Notes: generated by a model from the sequence alone, not told the origin. DNA of 64,000 nucleotides from Armatimonadota bacterium (GCA_037445735.1 JBBIJY010000010.1:1-64000); one strand, 5' to 3'; positions 29,216-39,665 are shown, counted from the stretch's first letter. Numbers and translations: made by a program.

Positions 29216-32200
29216 ATGGAGACGCCATTCGCGACGCAGCTGCGGGTGCGGGAGCGAGCGCAGCTGCAAGAATGGCTCCAGCAGGTGGCGCAGGGCAACG
29301 GTGGCATTCTGATCCTGACGGGCGACTGGGGCATGGGACGCACCAGTCTGCTCCGTGATGCGCTGGCGCGCGCGCCGACCATCGGGCTGATCACCGCCGA
29401 CACATGGTGTCGGGGCGAGCATGGTGAGCCAGGCTGGATGCCCCTCGCCTCTCTGATGGAGCAATTGCTACGCCATTTCGGCGAGGAGCCGCTTGCGCAG
29501 CCTCTGCAGGAGGGGCTGCGGCAGTGGATGGCGTTCCCGCAATCGTGGCATATCCCCGCCCAGTTCATTCGCCCCCTGCGTGTGCTGGCACGCAAGCGCG
29601 GGCTGCTGCTGTGCATCGACGATCTGCATCTCGCTTCCGAACAGCTCTGTCGCCTGATCCAGAGCTGGCTGTCGGGCATCCGCTTCGAACCGATTGGACT
29701 GCTGCTGACCGTCTGCACGCCGATCGAGCATCCACTGCTCCATGAGCTGATTCGGCGCGGCGAGCAACACGGCGTCGTGCGCACACTCACACTGGCGCCA
29801 CTGACTCGCGAGGAGGTGCGGGCGCTGATCGAATGCTGGCGCCCCGCGCTCGCGGGCGATGAGACCCTCGCCGAAGCGCTGCAGGTGCAGACCGCGGGCA
29901 ATCCATTGCTGATCACGGAGATTTTGCGCAACGCGGAGGCGTTGGAGGCGGAGTGGCACGCGCGGCGCGAACTGACGACCGTCGTGCCGACCAGCCTGCG
30001 CACGCCCATCCTGCAGCGGATACAGACTCTGCAGGCGCGCGAGTGCGAATTGCTGCAGTGGCTCAGCTGCTTTGAAAGCGCGATTCCGGAGGCGATTCTG
30101 CCCGCGCTCATGAACAGCACCGAACGGCGCACCGCCCAGTGGGTGGCGAGCCTGTTGCGCACGGGCTGGCTGGAACCTGCACGCCAGCAGCCCCACGCGC
30201 TCGCCTGGCGCCACCCGCTCGTGCGAAAAGTTATCTACGAGACCATCCCGACCGACCGCCGCGCCGCCATGCACCGCCAGATCGCCGAGCGGCTCGAACA
30301 GAACCCGCTGCTGCCCGACGAGCAACGCTGGTGGCACTGGATGCACGCGGAACCCGATTCCATCGTGCTGGAGCGGCTCTGGAACGCTTATCTGCAGGCG
30401 CGCCAGCATACCAGTCCGCGATTCCGTCTGGAGCTGCTGGAGGCATGCCTGCAGGCGGCGACCCGGCAGGGCGACCGCCCGAAACGAGTGCAACTGTTGT
30501 GCGAGCGCCCGCACCTGATGTACTGCCTGCCGAACGGATTGATGCGGGCGCTGGAAGCCTCCCAGCAGGCGGTTGTGGAGCTGGAAGCGCACCCCGATTG
30601 CGACCCGGATCGCACGCTGTGGGTGCAGGTGCATTGCGCCCGCGCGGGTCAACTGGCGCAGCTGGGGCGCGGCGACGAAGCGCGGCAAGCCATTAATGCC
30701 CTGCTCGAATCGGGCAGCTGGTCCGACGCCCAGCAATCGATGCTGGAGCTGACGCTCGCCTATCTGCACGCCTGCCAGGGCGACCTGCGAACTGCATGCG
30801 CTCTCCATCGCACCGTGTGGACGCGCATGCAGGCGAACCGCGACTGGTGGCAGCGGTGGATGGGCGTGCTGCGCTATACGCTGCGCTACGCGCTCGCCTG
30901 CGCCGACCTCGAGCTGGCGCACGATGTGCTGACCCGGTTCAGCCACTGGTGCAGCCATCCCTCTGCGGCATCCGCATGGCAGTCGTCGCTCCACCGGATG
31001 CAGGCAGACCTCGCTTACTTTGAGGGGCGCGGCGCGGAGCAGCTCTATCATGCCAGCGCGTCCCGCTCCGCTGACAGCGCCGCCGAACCCCACAGCATCG
31101 ATTACGAGAGCGAGTTCCAGATTCGGCTCTATCGCGACCCGCTGGAGGCGTTGCATCTCGCCGAGCGCGCGCTGACGGCGGTGCGCGAGGCGATGGGCTA
31201 CGAGCGTGAAGCCGAATGGCTCTGTTATCGGGCGCAGGCGCTGCTGGAAGCCGAACGGTTCGATGAGTCGCTCGCCGCACTCGCTGAGGCGCGGCGGCTC
31301 GCCCGCAAGCTCAATCACCAGCTGGTGCTGGCGCGGAGCGCGCTGCTGCAGGCGACCGTCGCCCTGCTGATGAACCGTCCCGCGCAGGCGTGCGACGCGC
31401 TGATTCAGGCGGAGCCGTCCATCCGCACGCTGAACCTGCCCGAGCTGAACACCGGGTCGGAGCGACTCCAGTCGATGCTGATGGTTCAGCAGGGCGACCT
31501 GACGGCGGCGCAGGCGCACGCGCAAAAAGCGGTTGAACACGCCGTCGCCTGGGGGCACGCGCTCTATCGCGGGCTGGCGCTGCTGCAACATGCGGCGGTA
31601 CTGCAGGCGCAGGGCAGCCCGCAGGCAGTTAGTGTGCAGGAAGAGGCGGAGAGCCTGTTGAGCGGCTACGGGATGCCGCTGGTCTGGCGGCGGCTGCAGG
31701 CGCCGCGCCCGACCATAGAGTGGGTGCAGCAGCGCGGCTGGGAGCTGGAGGTGCGACTGCTGGGCACGGTGCGCCTCCGCTTTCGCGGGCGCGAGCTGCC
31801 GCCCGACGAGTGGGTCAGCCCGCGCGCGCGCACCCTGTTCGCCCATCTAACGCTGCTGGAGGGGCGACCTGCGTATGCCGACACGCTCTGCGAACAGCAC
31901 TTCGCGCACCTGCCCCTGGAACGCGCACGGGTCAACCTGCAGACGACCGTGTCGGCGGTGCGCCGCACCCTGCGCCGCGCTTTTGGGGAGACCGCTGGTG
32001 ACTGGCTGCGCCACGATTCGGGCTTCTACCGCTGGGCGCCCGACCACAGCTGGACCGCGGACGCCTTCGAGTTCGAGCGCATCGCCCGCGACGCGCTCAG
32101 TCGCACCGAGCCTGACGCCCAGCAGGCGCGACTGGACGAAGCGCTCGCCCTCTATCAGGGCGACCTGCTGCCGGAGTTCGCCGAAGAGGAGTGGTGCGCC

Positions 32201-32500
32201 TCCCATTATCATCGCCTGCGCGCGCTCTATCTGGAGTGCCTGCTCGTGCGAGCGCAAATCGCCTCTCTCACGGGGCGACCAATGGAGGTGATTGAGTACG
32301 GGGAGCGACTGCTGGCGAGCGACCCGTGTGATGAGGCGGCGGCGCGACTACTAATGCAGGCTTATCGGGCGCTGGGACGCCGCGCCGAAGCCTTTCAGGT
32401 GTACGCGCGCTGCCAGAAAGCGCTCACCGAGCTGCTCGGCGCGTCGCCCTCTGAGCCGACCCGCCAGCTGTACGAATCGCTGGTCAGCGCCGTGAGTTAG
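29216..32500 (+). CDS. Large AAA/STAND-like + TPR + C-terminal BTAD (SARP-type) transcriptional regulator
   Basis: GDWGMGRT P-loop-like, IDDLH and T.GNPL motifs; VRLLG, LYQGDLLP and DPCDEAA..LLMQAY BTAD motifs. Confidence 0.8.
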   Translation: METPFATQLRVRERAQLQEWLQQVAQGNGGILILTGDWGMGRTSLLRDALARAPTIGLITADTWCRGEHGEPGWMPLASLMEQLLRHFGEEPLAQPLQEGLRQWMAFPQSWHIPAQFIRPLRVLARKRGLLLCIDDLHLASEQLCRLIQSWLSGIRFEPIGLLLTVCTPIEHPLLHELIRRGEQHGVVRTLTLAPLTREEVRALIECWRPALAGDETLAEALQVQTAGNPLLITEILRNAEALEAEWHARRELTTVVPTSLRTPILQRIQTLQARECELLQWLSCFESAIPEAILPALMNSTERRTAQWVASLLRTGWLEPARQQPHALAWRHPLVRKVIYETIPTDRRAAMHRQIAERLEQNPLLPDEQRWWHWMHAEPDSIVLERLWNAYLQARQHTSPRFRLELLEACLQAATRQGDRPKRVQLLCERPHLMYCLPNGLMRALEASQQAVVELEAHPDCDPDRTLWVQVHCARAGQLAQLGRGDEARQAINALLESGSWSDAQQSMLELTLAYLHACQGDLRTACALHRTVWTRMQANRDWWQRWMGVLRYTLRYALACADLELAHDVLTRFSHWCSHPSAASAWQSSLHRMQADLAYFEGRGAEQLYHASASRSADSAAEPHSIDYESEFQIRLYRDPLEALHLAERALTAVREAMGYEREAEWLCYRAQALLEAERFDESLAALAEARRLARKLNHQLVLARSALLQATVALLMNRPAQACDALIQAEPSIRTLNLPELNTGSERLQSMLMVQQGDLTAAQAHAQKAVEHAVAWGHALYRGLALLQHAAVLQAQGSPQAVSVQEEAESLLSGYGMPLVWRRLQAPRPTIEWVQQRGWELEVRLLGTVRLRFRGRELPPDEWVSPRARTLFAHLTLLEGRPAYADTLCEQHFAHLPLERARVNLQTTVSAVRRTLRRAFGETAGDWLRHDSGFYRWAPDHSWTADAFEFERIARDALSRTEPDAQQARLDEALALYQGDLLPEFAEEEWCASHYHRLRALYLECLLVRAQIASLTGRPMEVIEYGERLLASDPCDEAAARLLMQAYRALGRRAEAFQVYARCQKALTELLGASPSEPTRQLYESLVSAVS

Positions 32501-32506
32501 CTCGCT

Positions 32507-33508
32507 CTACGGGTTCGCCAGCATCCGCGCCGCTTCAGAGGGCTGAATCTCGCCTGTGAGCAGAATCGCTTTGCCATCGGCGCGACGCACCGTCGCCACC
32601 ACACCTTCGAAGCCCTCGCTCAGGCGTAGCTGGCTATCGGCGCGACGCGCATCGGGACACTCCGCTGGCAGCAAGAACAGCGTGAAGCAGTCCAGCCCGT
32701 TCGAGTAGAGCGCACCCATCGCGAAGTGGGAACCTCCGCATGGACAGGAGCGTTTCAGCACCATGATGCGCTCGTAGCCCTTCGGCGGCTGGTAAGCGCC
32801 GAGTTTGAAGCCCTGCTTTGGCTCCAGCGGCGCAATCTGCAGGGGTCGCTCCAGGCGCCAGTCGGGTGGCGGCGCTGGAGGCGCGGGCGGTGCCGCTGCC
32901 GCTGGCAGAATCTGGTAGCGGAACCGCTGTTCGTCGCGGATCAGCACGCCCTGCCGATTGTAGGTCTGAATTCGCCCCACATAGGGGGGGCTGCCGTCGG
33001 TAATCCAGTAGCGCTTGCGCAGGTAGCCGTCAGGCACCCATGCCTCCACCACGACCCACTGCTTGCCCTGCCACTCGGCGCGTTCCACCTCGCGCAGGCG
33101 GGCGTTGCGTTCGAACAGTTGCTGAATCTGCGCTTTGCCCGCTGCATCGAGCAGCTGCGGGCGCACGATGCACCGCCGTTCGAGCGGCAGCCAGCGCACC
33201 CATTCACGGCTCGTCACATAGGTCGTCGGGCGATATTCCCTGCCTCCTATCAGGCACGCCTCGGCGCCGCGCTCCACTATCTGCAGGTAGTCGGGATGCG
33301 GGCGGTACACCTCCAGCAGGGCGGGTAGCCGATCGGCGTGCGGGATCTGCACCTGCGCCTCCATTCGGCAGGGCTGGATCGCGTCGTTGAGAATCGCCTG
33401 CTTCCATACAAGCGGCGCGCGGGGCAGCGTGGTGGAACGCTGACAGCCGCTGAGAGCTATCAGCAGCCCCATCAGGCACACCAGCCAGCGCGTCATGGGG
33501 TTCCGCAT
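32507..33508 (-). CDS. RseB/MucB-like lipoprotein
   Basis: ALSG|C lipobox; LYSNGL..FTLF and LTGEI motifs; lies downstream of the anti-sigma gene. Confidence 0.65.
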   Translation of the reverse strand: MRNPMTRWLVCLMGLLIALSGCQRSTTLPRAPLVWKQAILNDAIQPCRMEAQVQIPHADRLPALLEVYRPHPDYLQIVERGAEACLIGGREYRPTTYVTSREWVRWLPLERRCIVRPQLLDAAGKAQIQQLFERNARLREVERAEWQGKQWVVVEAWVPDGYLRKRYWITDGSPPYVGRIQTYNRQGVLIRDEQRFRYQILPAAAAPPAPPAPPPDWRLERPLQIAPLEPKQGFKLGAYQPPKGYERIMVLKRSCPCGGSHFAMGALYSNGLDCFTLFLLPAECPDARRADSQLRLSEGFEGVVATVRRADGKAILLTGEIQPSEAARMLANP

Positions 33509-33511
33509 CAC

Positions 33512-33940
33512 TTATTGCGCCTCCACATAGGGATAGAGTTCGCCAGCGCCGCCGCTTTGCGCCCACTCGCGGTGCGCCTGCCAGTATCGGGCATAGGAGT
33601 CGACGACGGGCGGGTACGCAGATGTGGCGCGTTCCCAGATGAAAAACGCGAGCAGCAGCGCTGCCGCCGCTGCCGACAGCGTGGCGATGAGCGCGTAGCG
33701 ACGGGGTTGCCAGCGTCGCGCCCGAATGCGGCTCTCAACGCCTGCCCAGATACGCTCCGACGGCACAGGCGGCGACCACTGCCGCAAGACCTGCGGCACG
33801 CGCTGGAGCAGCTGCTGTTCGTGGGCACAGTCGGGGCACTCCCGCAGGTGCGCCTCCACCGCCTGCGCCTGCTCCAGCGGCAGCACGCCCTCCACATAAT
33901 CGGTGAGCCACTTCTGAACCTCATCGCATCGCATCACCAT
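33512..33940 (-). CDS. Zinc-finger (zf-HC2) anti-sigma factor
   Basis: M.C..V...L..Y..G.L and HLRECPDC motifs; single TM helix. Confidence 0.88.
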   Translation of the reverse strand: MVMRCDEVQKWLTDYVEGVLPLEQAQAVEAHLRECPDCAHEQQLLQRVPQVLRQWSPPVPSERIWAGVESRIRARRWQPRRYALIATLSAAAAALLLAFFIWERATSAYPPVVDSYARYWQAHREWAQSGGAGELYPYVEAQ

Positions 33941-34526
33941 TCCCCCTGTTCACAAACGGTTCCAGCTGACGCCGCAGCGCCTCACGCGCCCGTGCCAGCC
34001 GCGACTTGACCGTGCCCACCGGAATCGACAGCAGCTCCGCAATCTCTTCCACAGGCACCTCCTCGATGTAGTGCAGCACGACCACGGCGCGATGAAGCGG
34101 GGAGAGTTGCCGAAGCGCCTGCTGGACACAGTCCTGCAATTCTTTCTGCTCGACCGCTGCCTCCACATCCTGGCTCTCATCGGGTATCTGCCATTCAAAG
34201 GGTTCGCCCTCCGAATCGTCATATAAGGGTGCATCCAGGGATTGGAACCGGATCAGTCGGCTGCGGCGCAGATGGTCGATGCCCAGATTGATAGCGGTGC
34301 GGCGCAGCCAGCCATAGAGTGTCTTTTCGATGTGCAGGCGCGGCAACTCAATCCAGGCGCGCACGAACACCTCCTGGGTCAGATCGACGGCATCGTCGCG
34401 ATTGCCCAGCATGCCATAGAGCAGTTTGTAGATACGCGCGTGATAGCGTGCGTAGAGCACCTCAAATGCCCCCGCATCGCCCTCTCTGGCACGCTGCACC
34501 AGCTCCGTGTCGGATCGTGTATTCAA
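33921..34526 (-). CDS. ECF RNA polymerase sigma factor (RpoE/SigW-like)
   Basis: D.ELV..A..GD..AF, DLTQEVF and GTVKSRLARAR motifs; TTG start. Confidence 0.92.
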   Translation of the reverse strand: MNTRSDTELVQRAREGDAGAFEVLYARYHARIYKLLYGMLGNRDDAVDLTQEVFVRAWIELPRLHIEKTLYGWLRRTAINLGIDHLRRSRLIRFQSLDAPLYDDSEGEPFEWQIPDESQDVEAAVEQKELQDCVQQALRQLSPLHRAVVVLHYIEEVPVEEIAELLSIPVGTVKSRLARAREALRRQLEPFVNRGNGDAMR

Positions 34527-34541
34527 CCCCTGCCCTTCCTG

Positions 34542-34567
34542 AACGAATAAGATATTAGCATGGTTCC
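34542..34567 (-). promoter_or_regulatory. Putative autoregulatory ECF promoter
   Basis: GGAACC-N16-CGTT directly upstream of the ECF sigma gene. Confidence 0.65.
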
Positions 34568-34669
34568 TTCCTCCTTCTGCCCTCTGCGAAGCGGGGCAGG
34601 GTTTATATCCGCTTACGGGTGGGTTGAGCCCCTTCAGCCGTACCTTCCGCCTTAGCGGGGCGAATGAAA

Positions 34670-34714
34670 ACCCTCTCCCCCACAGCGTGGGAGAGAGGGC
34701 ACGAGGGTGAGGGC
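34670..34714. repeat. Half copy of the palindromic repeat, intergenic
   Basis: CCCTCTCCCCCACAGCGTGGGAGAGAGGG..GAGGGTGAGGG; shares the CACAGCGTG core with the 169-256 copy. Confidence 0.8.
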
Positions 34715-34724
34715 AAGGTCAGCC

Positions 34725-36611
34725 CTAATCGTCTTTGCCCTTCTGTCGGGCGGGTGGTTCTGGCTCGCTGGCAGGTTCGGCGGAGCTGGAGGCGGCTGCC
34801 GAATCGGTCTGCGCCTGCATGCGCACGGCGCCGATGCGCTGGGCAATCTGCATCAGCTGCTGTGCCAGCTCGCTGAAGCGCCCGTTGCCATCGCCGATTG
34901 CCTGCAGTCCGCTCAGTGCGCCGTCCAGTGCCACGCCCAGCCCCAGCCCTTTTGCGTACTGTTCGGTCATGCGGGCGAGCGTCTCGGGGTCGCCGAAGAT
35001 GTTCATGTTGCCGCGGCTCATGAACTGCCCGATGGAGCGTGCCAGTTCGACCTGCACATCGCGCTGGGCTTCCACGCGCAGTTTCTCCAGTTCGAACTTG
35101 AGCGCGGCTTCGCTGTAGGTCTGGCGATATTCGAGCGCCTGACGCTCCACCTCCACGCGGGCGCGTTCCACCTCCACCTGCTCGCGGGCGATGTTCACAT
35201 CGACCATCTTGATGGCGGTCTCGCCGCGGGCGACCTGCTCGCGTGCCTGCGCTTCGGCTTCGGCGCGGATGCGAATCGCTTCGGCTTCCAGCTCTGCCGC
35301 CTGCTTCTGCGCTTCAGCTTTTTTGACCTCGGCGAAAGCAGCGACCTGCACTTCGGTCTCGCGCTTGATGCGCTCCTGTTCGATCTGCTGTTTGGCAGCG
35401 ATAAGCTTGGTCTGCGCTTCGCGTTCGGCGGCGGCAAGTTGCTGCACGGTGATAATCTGCTGGTTCGCCTTTTCGCGTTCCGCCTGCGCTTCGAGGGCTT
35501 TCTTTTCGGCTTCGGCACGCTGGCGCTCGGCTTCCGCGACGGCAATCTGCTTCTCGCGTTCGGCAAGTTCAATCGCTTTGGCGCGTTCGATGTCGGTCTT
35601 CTGCAGCTCCTGTTGCTTGAGCAGCAGCAGGCGGTCGCGCTCGATGGCGGCGACGCGCACGGCTTGCTCCTGCTGGATTTGCGCTTCCTGCACCTGGCGT
35701 TCCTGCTCGATGCGGTAGGTATCGGCTTCGCGTTTCTTCTCGGCTTGCGCTTTGGCGATTTCGGCTTGCTGGGCGGCTTCGGCTTCCGCCTGCTGACGCT
35801 CCAGCTCCAGAATCTCCTTGCGCGTCTGCACATTCTTCAGGGTGATCTCGCGCTGCGCTTCGCGCTCCAGACGGTTGCGCTCCACCAGCGCGGCTTGCGT
35901 GATCTCGGTGATTTTGCGCTTGCCCTGCGCGTCGAAGATGTTCGTGTCCGAAAGCAGCTCCTGCGAGGTCTGGTCCAGGCGCGAGATGGTCACCGATTCG
36001 AGCGAGAGACCGTTCTGTTCGAGGTCGGCGCGCACCAGTTGCTGCACCGCGCTGGCGAAGGCGTCGCGCTGGGCATGGATCTCCACCAGATCCTTGGTTG
36101 CTGCCACACTGCGCAGGGCGGAGACCAGCTTTTCAAACACCAGTTGCGACACCGACTGGGCGTTCACCGATTTATCGCCCAGCGAGCGCGCCGCGTTCAG
36201 CACGGAGTCTTCTTCGGGTTGAACCTTGATGTAGAACTCGGCTTTCACATCCACCCGCAGGTTATCACGGGTAATCAGCGCGTCGGGTCCCTTGCGCTCC
36301 ACCTCCAGCTTCATCGTCTCCAGCGAGACGGGCACTTTCTGGTGTAGAAACGGCACATACAGTCCGCTTCGGTCGATCAGCACGCGCCGTCCACGCCAGC
36401 CAGTGATGACATAGGCGAGATTGGCGGAGGGGCGCAGGTAAAGGTGCTTGAGCGCGAACAGGTAGCTGGACACGAAGATCAGCACACCGCCTACAACCCA
36501 CGACGCAATCGACTGGGCGAGAGTCCAGTTGGCGACGAAGTTGCCGCCGACAAAGCCCAGCAGCGCCAGTGCTATGCCCAGTATCAGCATCAATCCCAGC
36601 ATTGTGTTCAA
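34725..36611 (-). CDS. Flotillin/SPFH family protein (YqiK-like)
   Basis: TM anchor, SPFH domain (LIT.DNLRVDV.AEFY), FDAQG motif, long Ala/Glu/Gln coiled coil. Confidence 0.9.
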   Translation of the reverse strand: MNTMLGLMLILGIALALLGFVGGNFVANWTLAQSIASWVVGGVLIFVSSYLFALKHLYLRPSANLAYVITGWRGRRVLIDRSGLYVPFLHQKVPVSLETMKLEVERKGPDALITRDNLRVDVKAEFYIKVQPEEDSVLNAARSLGDKSVNAQSVSQLVFEKLVSALRSVAATKDLVEIHAQRDAFASAVQQLVRADLEQNGLSLESVTISRLDQTSQELLSDTNIFDAQGKRKITEITQAALVERNRLEREAQREITLKNVQTRKEILELERQQAEAEAAQQAEIAKAQAEKKREADTYRIEQERQVQEAQIQQEQAVRVAAIERDRLLLLKQQELQKTDIERAKAIELAEREKQIAVAEAERQRAEAEKKALEAQAEREKANQQIITVQQLAAAEREAQTKLIAAKQQIEQERIKRETEVQVAAFAEVKKAEAQKQAAELEAEAIRIRAEAEAQAREQVARGETAIKMVDVNIAREQVEVERARVEVERQALEYRQTYSEAALKFELEKLRVEAQRDVQVELARSIGQFMSRGNMNIFGDPETLARMTEQYAKGLGLGVALDGALSGLQAIGDGNGRFSELAQQLMQIAQRIGAVRMQAQTDSAAASSSAEPASEPEPPARQKGKDD

Positions 36612-36617
36612 TCCCCC

Positions 36618-37448
36618 TTAGGTGTCGGTTCGTCCCCCGACATGGGTTTGACGCCGTTCGGTGCTTTCCTGCCGATGCGTTTCGGGCAGGTTCGCGTCGA
36701 ACGGGTGTGGCTCCACAATATAGTCGCCACTCTCTTCATTATACCTGACAATCAGCACAGGGGTTCCTGCCGGAATCGGCGGTTGACCCGGCAGGGTCTG
36801 ACAGGTGACTCGAAGGATGTCGCCTGTGCGGCTGCGGATGTTGGCGACACCGGTGGTTTCGGTGATTTCGAACACGGCGCGCCCACTGCAACCGATGAGG
36901 TCGGTACGACGCATGGTGGGTTCACCGTTCAGCAAGCCCAGTCGCCGCACAAGGATGCCCGTCGTGCGTCCGAACAGCGCCATTCCGAACAGGCTGGCTA
37001 TCATCGAAACGGGCACGAACAGCGCCGGCGCCTTCACAATCGGTTGCAGGATGGCGTTGACGCTCAGCCCGACCACGCCCCAGACCAGCATCAGCATCGG
37101 CAGGAGCACGGTCAGCGGCACGCCCATCCCGATGCCGAACAGCTGCAGGGTCTTCTGCACTATCGACTCGCCATGCTCATCCGTGTGGGGTTTCACAGCG
37201 TGGGGCGATTCGGTGCTGTCATGGTGAGTGTCGGTCGTCCCATGCCCTTCCGCTGGGTGAGCCTCGGCACCCGCATGGTGAGCCTCAGTTCCGTGCACAT
37301 CGTGCGACCCGGAATCGCCTTCGGGAGTATGCACGCCCAGCTCGTCCATCAGTCCCGTGACCGCCAGCCCGATTGCCAGCACGATCGCCACCATGAGTGG
37401 CAGCGCGAAAATAAAGTTCCACCATTCCAGCAACCCTGTCAGGGACAC
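36618..37448 (-). CDS. NfeD-like/YqiJ-like flotillin partner with His-rich loop
   Basis: TM helices, G.GVPL motif, C-terminal OB-fold pattern (LIG..G...G..VLIV.Y); directly upstream of flotillin. Confidence 0.75.
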   Translation of the reverse strand: MSLTGLLEWWNFIFALPLMVAIVLAIGLAVTGLMDELGVHTPEGDSGSHDVHGTEAHHAGAEAHPAEGHGTTDTHHDSTESPHAVKPHTDEHGESIVQKTLQLFGIGMGVPLTVLLPMLMLVWGVVGLSVNAILQPIVKAPALFVPVSMIASLFGMALFGRTTGILVRRLGLLNGEPTMRRTDLIGCSGRAVFEITETTGVANIRSRTGDILRVTCQTLPGQPPIPAGTPVLIVRYNEESGDYIVEPHPFDANLPETHRQESTERRQTHVGGRTDT

Positions 37449-37541
37449 CGCCCATCACCACTGTTTATTATAGCATGCGCTGGCGGGAAGTTCCCTGAAA
37501 AAGCGGGGGCAGGCGTGGAAAAATGCCAGTGGTGGCGTGCG

Positions 37542-38960
37542 ATGAGACAGGTGGATGTGCTGGTGATTGGTAGCGGACCTGCAGGTCAGCGCGCGGCGAT
37601 TCAGGCAGCGAAGCTGGGGCGCACCGTCGCGGTGGTGGAGCGCCCCACGATGCTGGGCGGAGTGTGCATCAACACGGGAACCATTCCCAGCAAAGCGTTG
37701 CGCGAAGCGATCCTGCAACTGACAGGCAAGCGCGGTGGGTTCTATCTCGAGCCGCATCCCGCCGACACGCTCAGCTTCACGATTCAGGAGCTGGTCTCGC
37801 GCTGTCAGCCCATTATTCGCGCCGAGCAAGCCGTGATGCGGGAGCATTTTCAGAGGAACGGTATCCAGATGCTGTGGGGAACCGCCTCTTTTGAGGATGA
37901 GTTCACGGTGCGGATCGCCCATCGCACTGGCAGCGAGCTGGTACAGGCACAGGCAATCATTCTGGCGGTGGGGACTGTGCCCGCGCGACCGCCCCATATC
38001 CCTTTCGATGACCGCCAGATTGTGGACAGCGATTCCTTTTTACGGATGCCCCATCTGCCCCGCAGCCTTATTATTGTGGGCGGTGGCGTGATTGGCACGG
38101 AGTACGCCTGCCTGATGAACGCGCTCGGTGTACGGGTGATGCTGGTGGAGGCACGCCCGCGCCTGCTCGACTTCGTGGACGCCGAAATCAGTGAGGCGCT
38201 GCAATACCATATGCGCTCGGCAGACATCACCCTCCGTCTGGGCGAGCAGGTCAGCGAGGTGCAGTTGCTGCCGAACGGGCTGGTGGAGGCGACCTTAGCC
38301 AGTGGCAAGCACCTGCGCGCGGAGGCACTGCTGTATTGCATCGGGCGACAGGGCGCAACCGCCGAACTGGGGCTGGAACGCATCGGGCTGCAGCCCGACG
38401 AGCGCGGACGCCTGCGCGTGAACGAGCGGTTCCAGACCGAAATCCCGCACATCTATGCAGTGGGCGATGTGATCGGCTTTCCCGCGCTCGCAAGCACTTC
38501 GATGGAGCAGGGGCGAGTCGCCGCCTGCTACGCCTGCGGCGAGCCAGTGGAGCCAAGCTGCCCCGTGTTCCCCTACGGAATCTACACTATCCCCGAGATT
38601 GCGATGGTGGGCAAAACAGAAGCGCAACTGACCACCGAAGGTGTGCCCTACGAGGTGGGTGTCGCCCATTATCGCGAGGTCTCACGCGGACAACTGCTCG
38701 GCGATACCAGCGGCATGCTCAAAATGCTCATCCACGAGGAGACACGCGAAATTCTGGGCGTGCATGCAATTGGTACAGGCGCGACCGAACTGATTCACAT
38801 CGGACAGATGGCAATCGCTCTTCACACCACCGTGGACTATTTCCTGCAGGCGATTTTTAACTATCCGACACTTGCCGAGTGCTACAAGGTCGCCGCACTG
38901 AACGGCAGCAACAAACTGCGCTTGCTCCGCCAGCATATCACCCTGCCCCACGCTGCATGA
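37542..38960 (+). CDS. sthA: Soluble pyridine nucleotide transhydrogenase
   Basis: IGSGPAG, GGVCINTGTIPSK, GDVIGFPALASTSMEQGR and FNYPTLAECYK motifs. Confidence 0.92.
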   Translation: MRQVDVLVIGSGPAGQRAAIQAAKLGRTVAVVERPTMLGGVCINTGTIPSKALREAILQLTGKRGGFYLEPHPADTLSFTIQELVSRCQPIIRAEQAVMREHFQRNGIQMLWGTASFEDEFTVRIAHRTGSELVQAQAIILAVGTVPARPPHIPFDDRQIVDSDSFLRMPHLPRSLIIVGGGVIGTEYACLMNALGVRVMLVEARPRLLDFVDAEISEALQYHMRSADITLRLGEQVSEVQLLPNGLVEATLASGKHLRAEALLYCIGRQGATAELGLERIGLQPDERGRLRVNERFQTEIPHIYAVGDVIGFPALASTSMEQGRVAACYACGEPVEPSCPVFPYGIYTIPEIAMVGKTEAQLTTEGVPYEVGVAHYREVSRGQLLGDTSGMLKMLIHEETREILGVHAIGTGATELIHIGQMAIALHTTVDYFLQAIFNYPTLAECYKVAALNGSNKLRLLRQHITLPHAA

Positions 38961-39015
38961 ATAAGCAACCCGGTCGCAGCAGATGAAATGGATCGGACCG
39001 TCCAGAACGAATAGA

Positions 39016-39045
39016 CCCCCTCTCCCACAGCATCGGGAGAGGGGG
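39016..39045. repeat. Single-hairpin copy of the palindromic repeat between convergent genes
   Basis: CCCCCTCTCCC-ACAGCATC-GGGAGAGGGGG. Confidence 0.75.
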
Positions 39046-39064
39046 AATGAGCGCTTCGCGAGAC

Positions 39065-39646
39065 TCAAGCCACGCGCCGACGACGACGCAAGCCCAGCAG
39101 GCTTGCCAGACCGGTGCCAATCGCAATCAGACTGCCTGGCTCCGGCGCAATCACCTTCGAGGAGCCGCCATCGGGCAACGCCTGAATATGCACCATCGCA
39201 CTGTTGTTCAAACCCGCGAAGTCCGACTCCGAAACACCGAGCAGAGTGAAGCTTGAACTGTTGCCCGGCAACAGGCGAGCGGAAGGTGGCGCAACCTTGA
39301 AATCAACCTTCACATTGAAGCTCAGCCCCGCATCGGTGAAGCTCCCCAGATTGATGCTTGTGACGAACGGATCGCCTGTGAAGTTGGCTCCGCTGGGCAG
39401 CGTTGTGAACAGCAGGTTCAGCCGACTGATGAACTGACCCGCCGTGTTGGTTGGGCTGTTGGTGAGCGTGATCTGCACCCCGCCCAAGATGTTCGTGATG
39501 GTCATCGTCGCCCAGGGCGATGGACCACCCGGAGTGCCACCCGAATGAATCGCGTTGAACGCGAAGTTCACAGTGGCGTTCGCCGAATACAGCAGCAGGA
39601 CGCTTAGCGCACCCGCGAGAGACATCAGTTTAAACGCTTTTGACAT
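39065..39646 (-). CDS. PEP-CTERM sorting-domain protein
   Basis: Signal peptide; C-terminal APEPGSL, TM segment and RRRRR. Confidence 0.9.
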   Translation of the reverse strand: MSKAFKLMSLAGALSVLLLYSANATVNFAFNAIHSGGTPGGPSPWATMTITNILGGVQITLTNSPTNTAGQFISRLNLLFTTLPSGANFTGDPFVTSINLGSFTDAGLSFNVKVDFKVAPPSARLLPGNSSSFTLLGVSESDFAGLNNSAMVHIQALPDGGSSKVIAPEPGSLIAIGTGLASLLGLRRRRRVA

Positions 39647-39665
39647 GGTGTTTTACCTCCGTCAT

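Noticed and set aside
29468-31846. Long antisense ORFs (also 34707-36347, 14654-15835, 26227-27606 and 17421-18539)
   Set aside because: These are typical shadow ORFs of high-GC coding sequence with no recognisable motifs.
36444-37541. 838-aa ORF suggesting an N-terminally extended SthA
   Set aside because: The extension is antisense to the NfeD-like and flotillin genes; SthA homology starts at ATG 37542.
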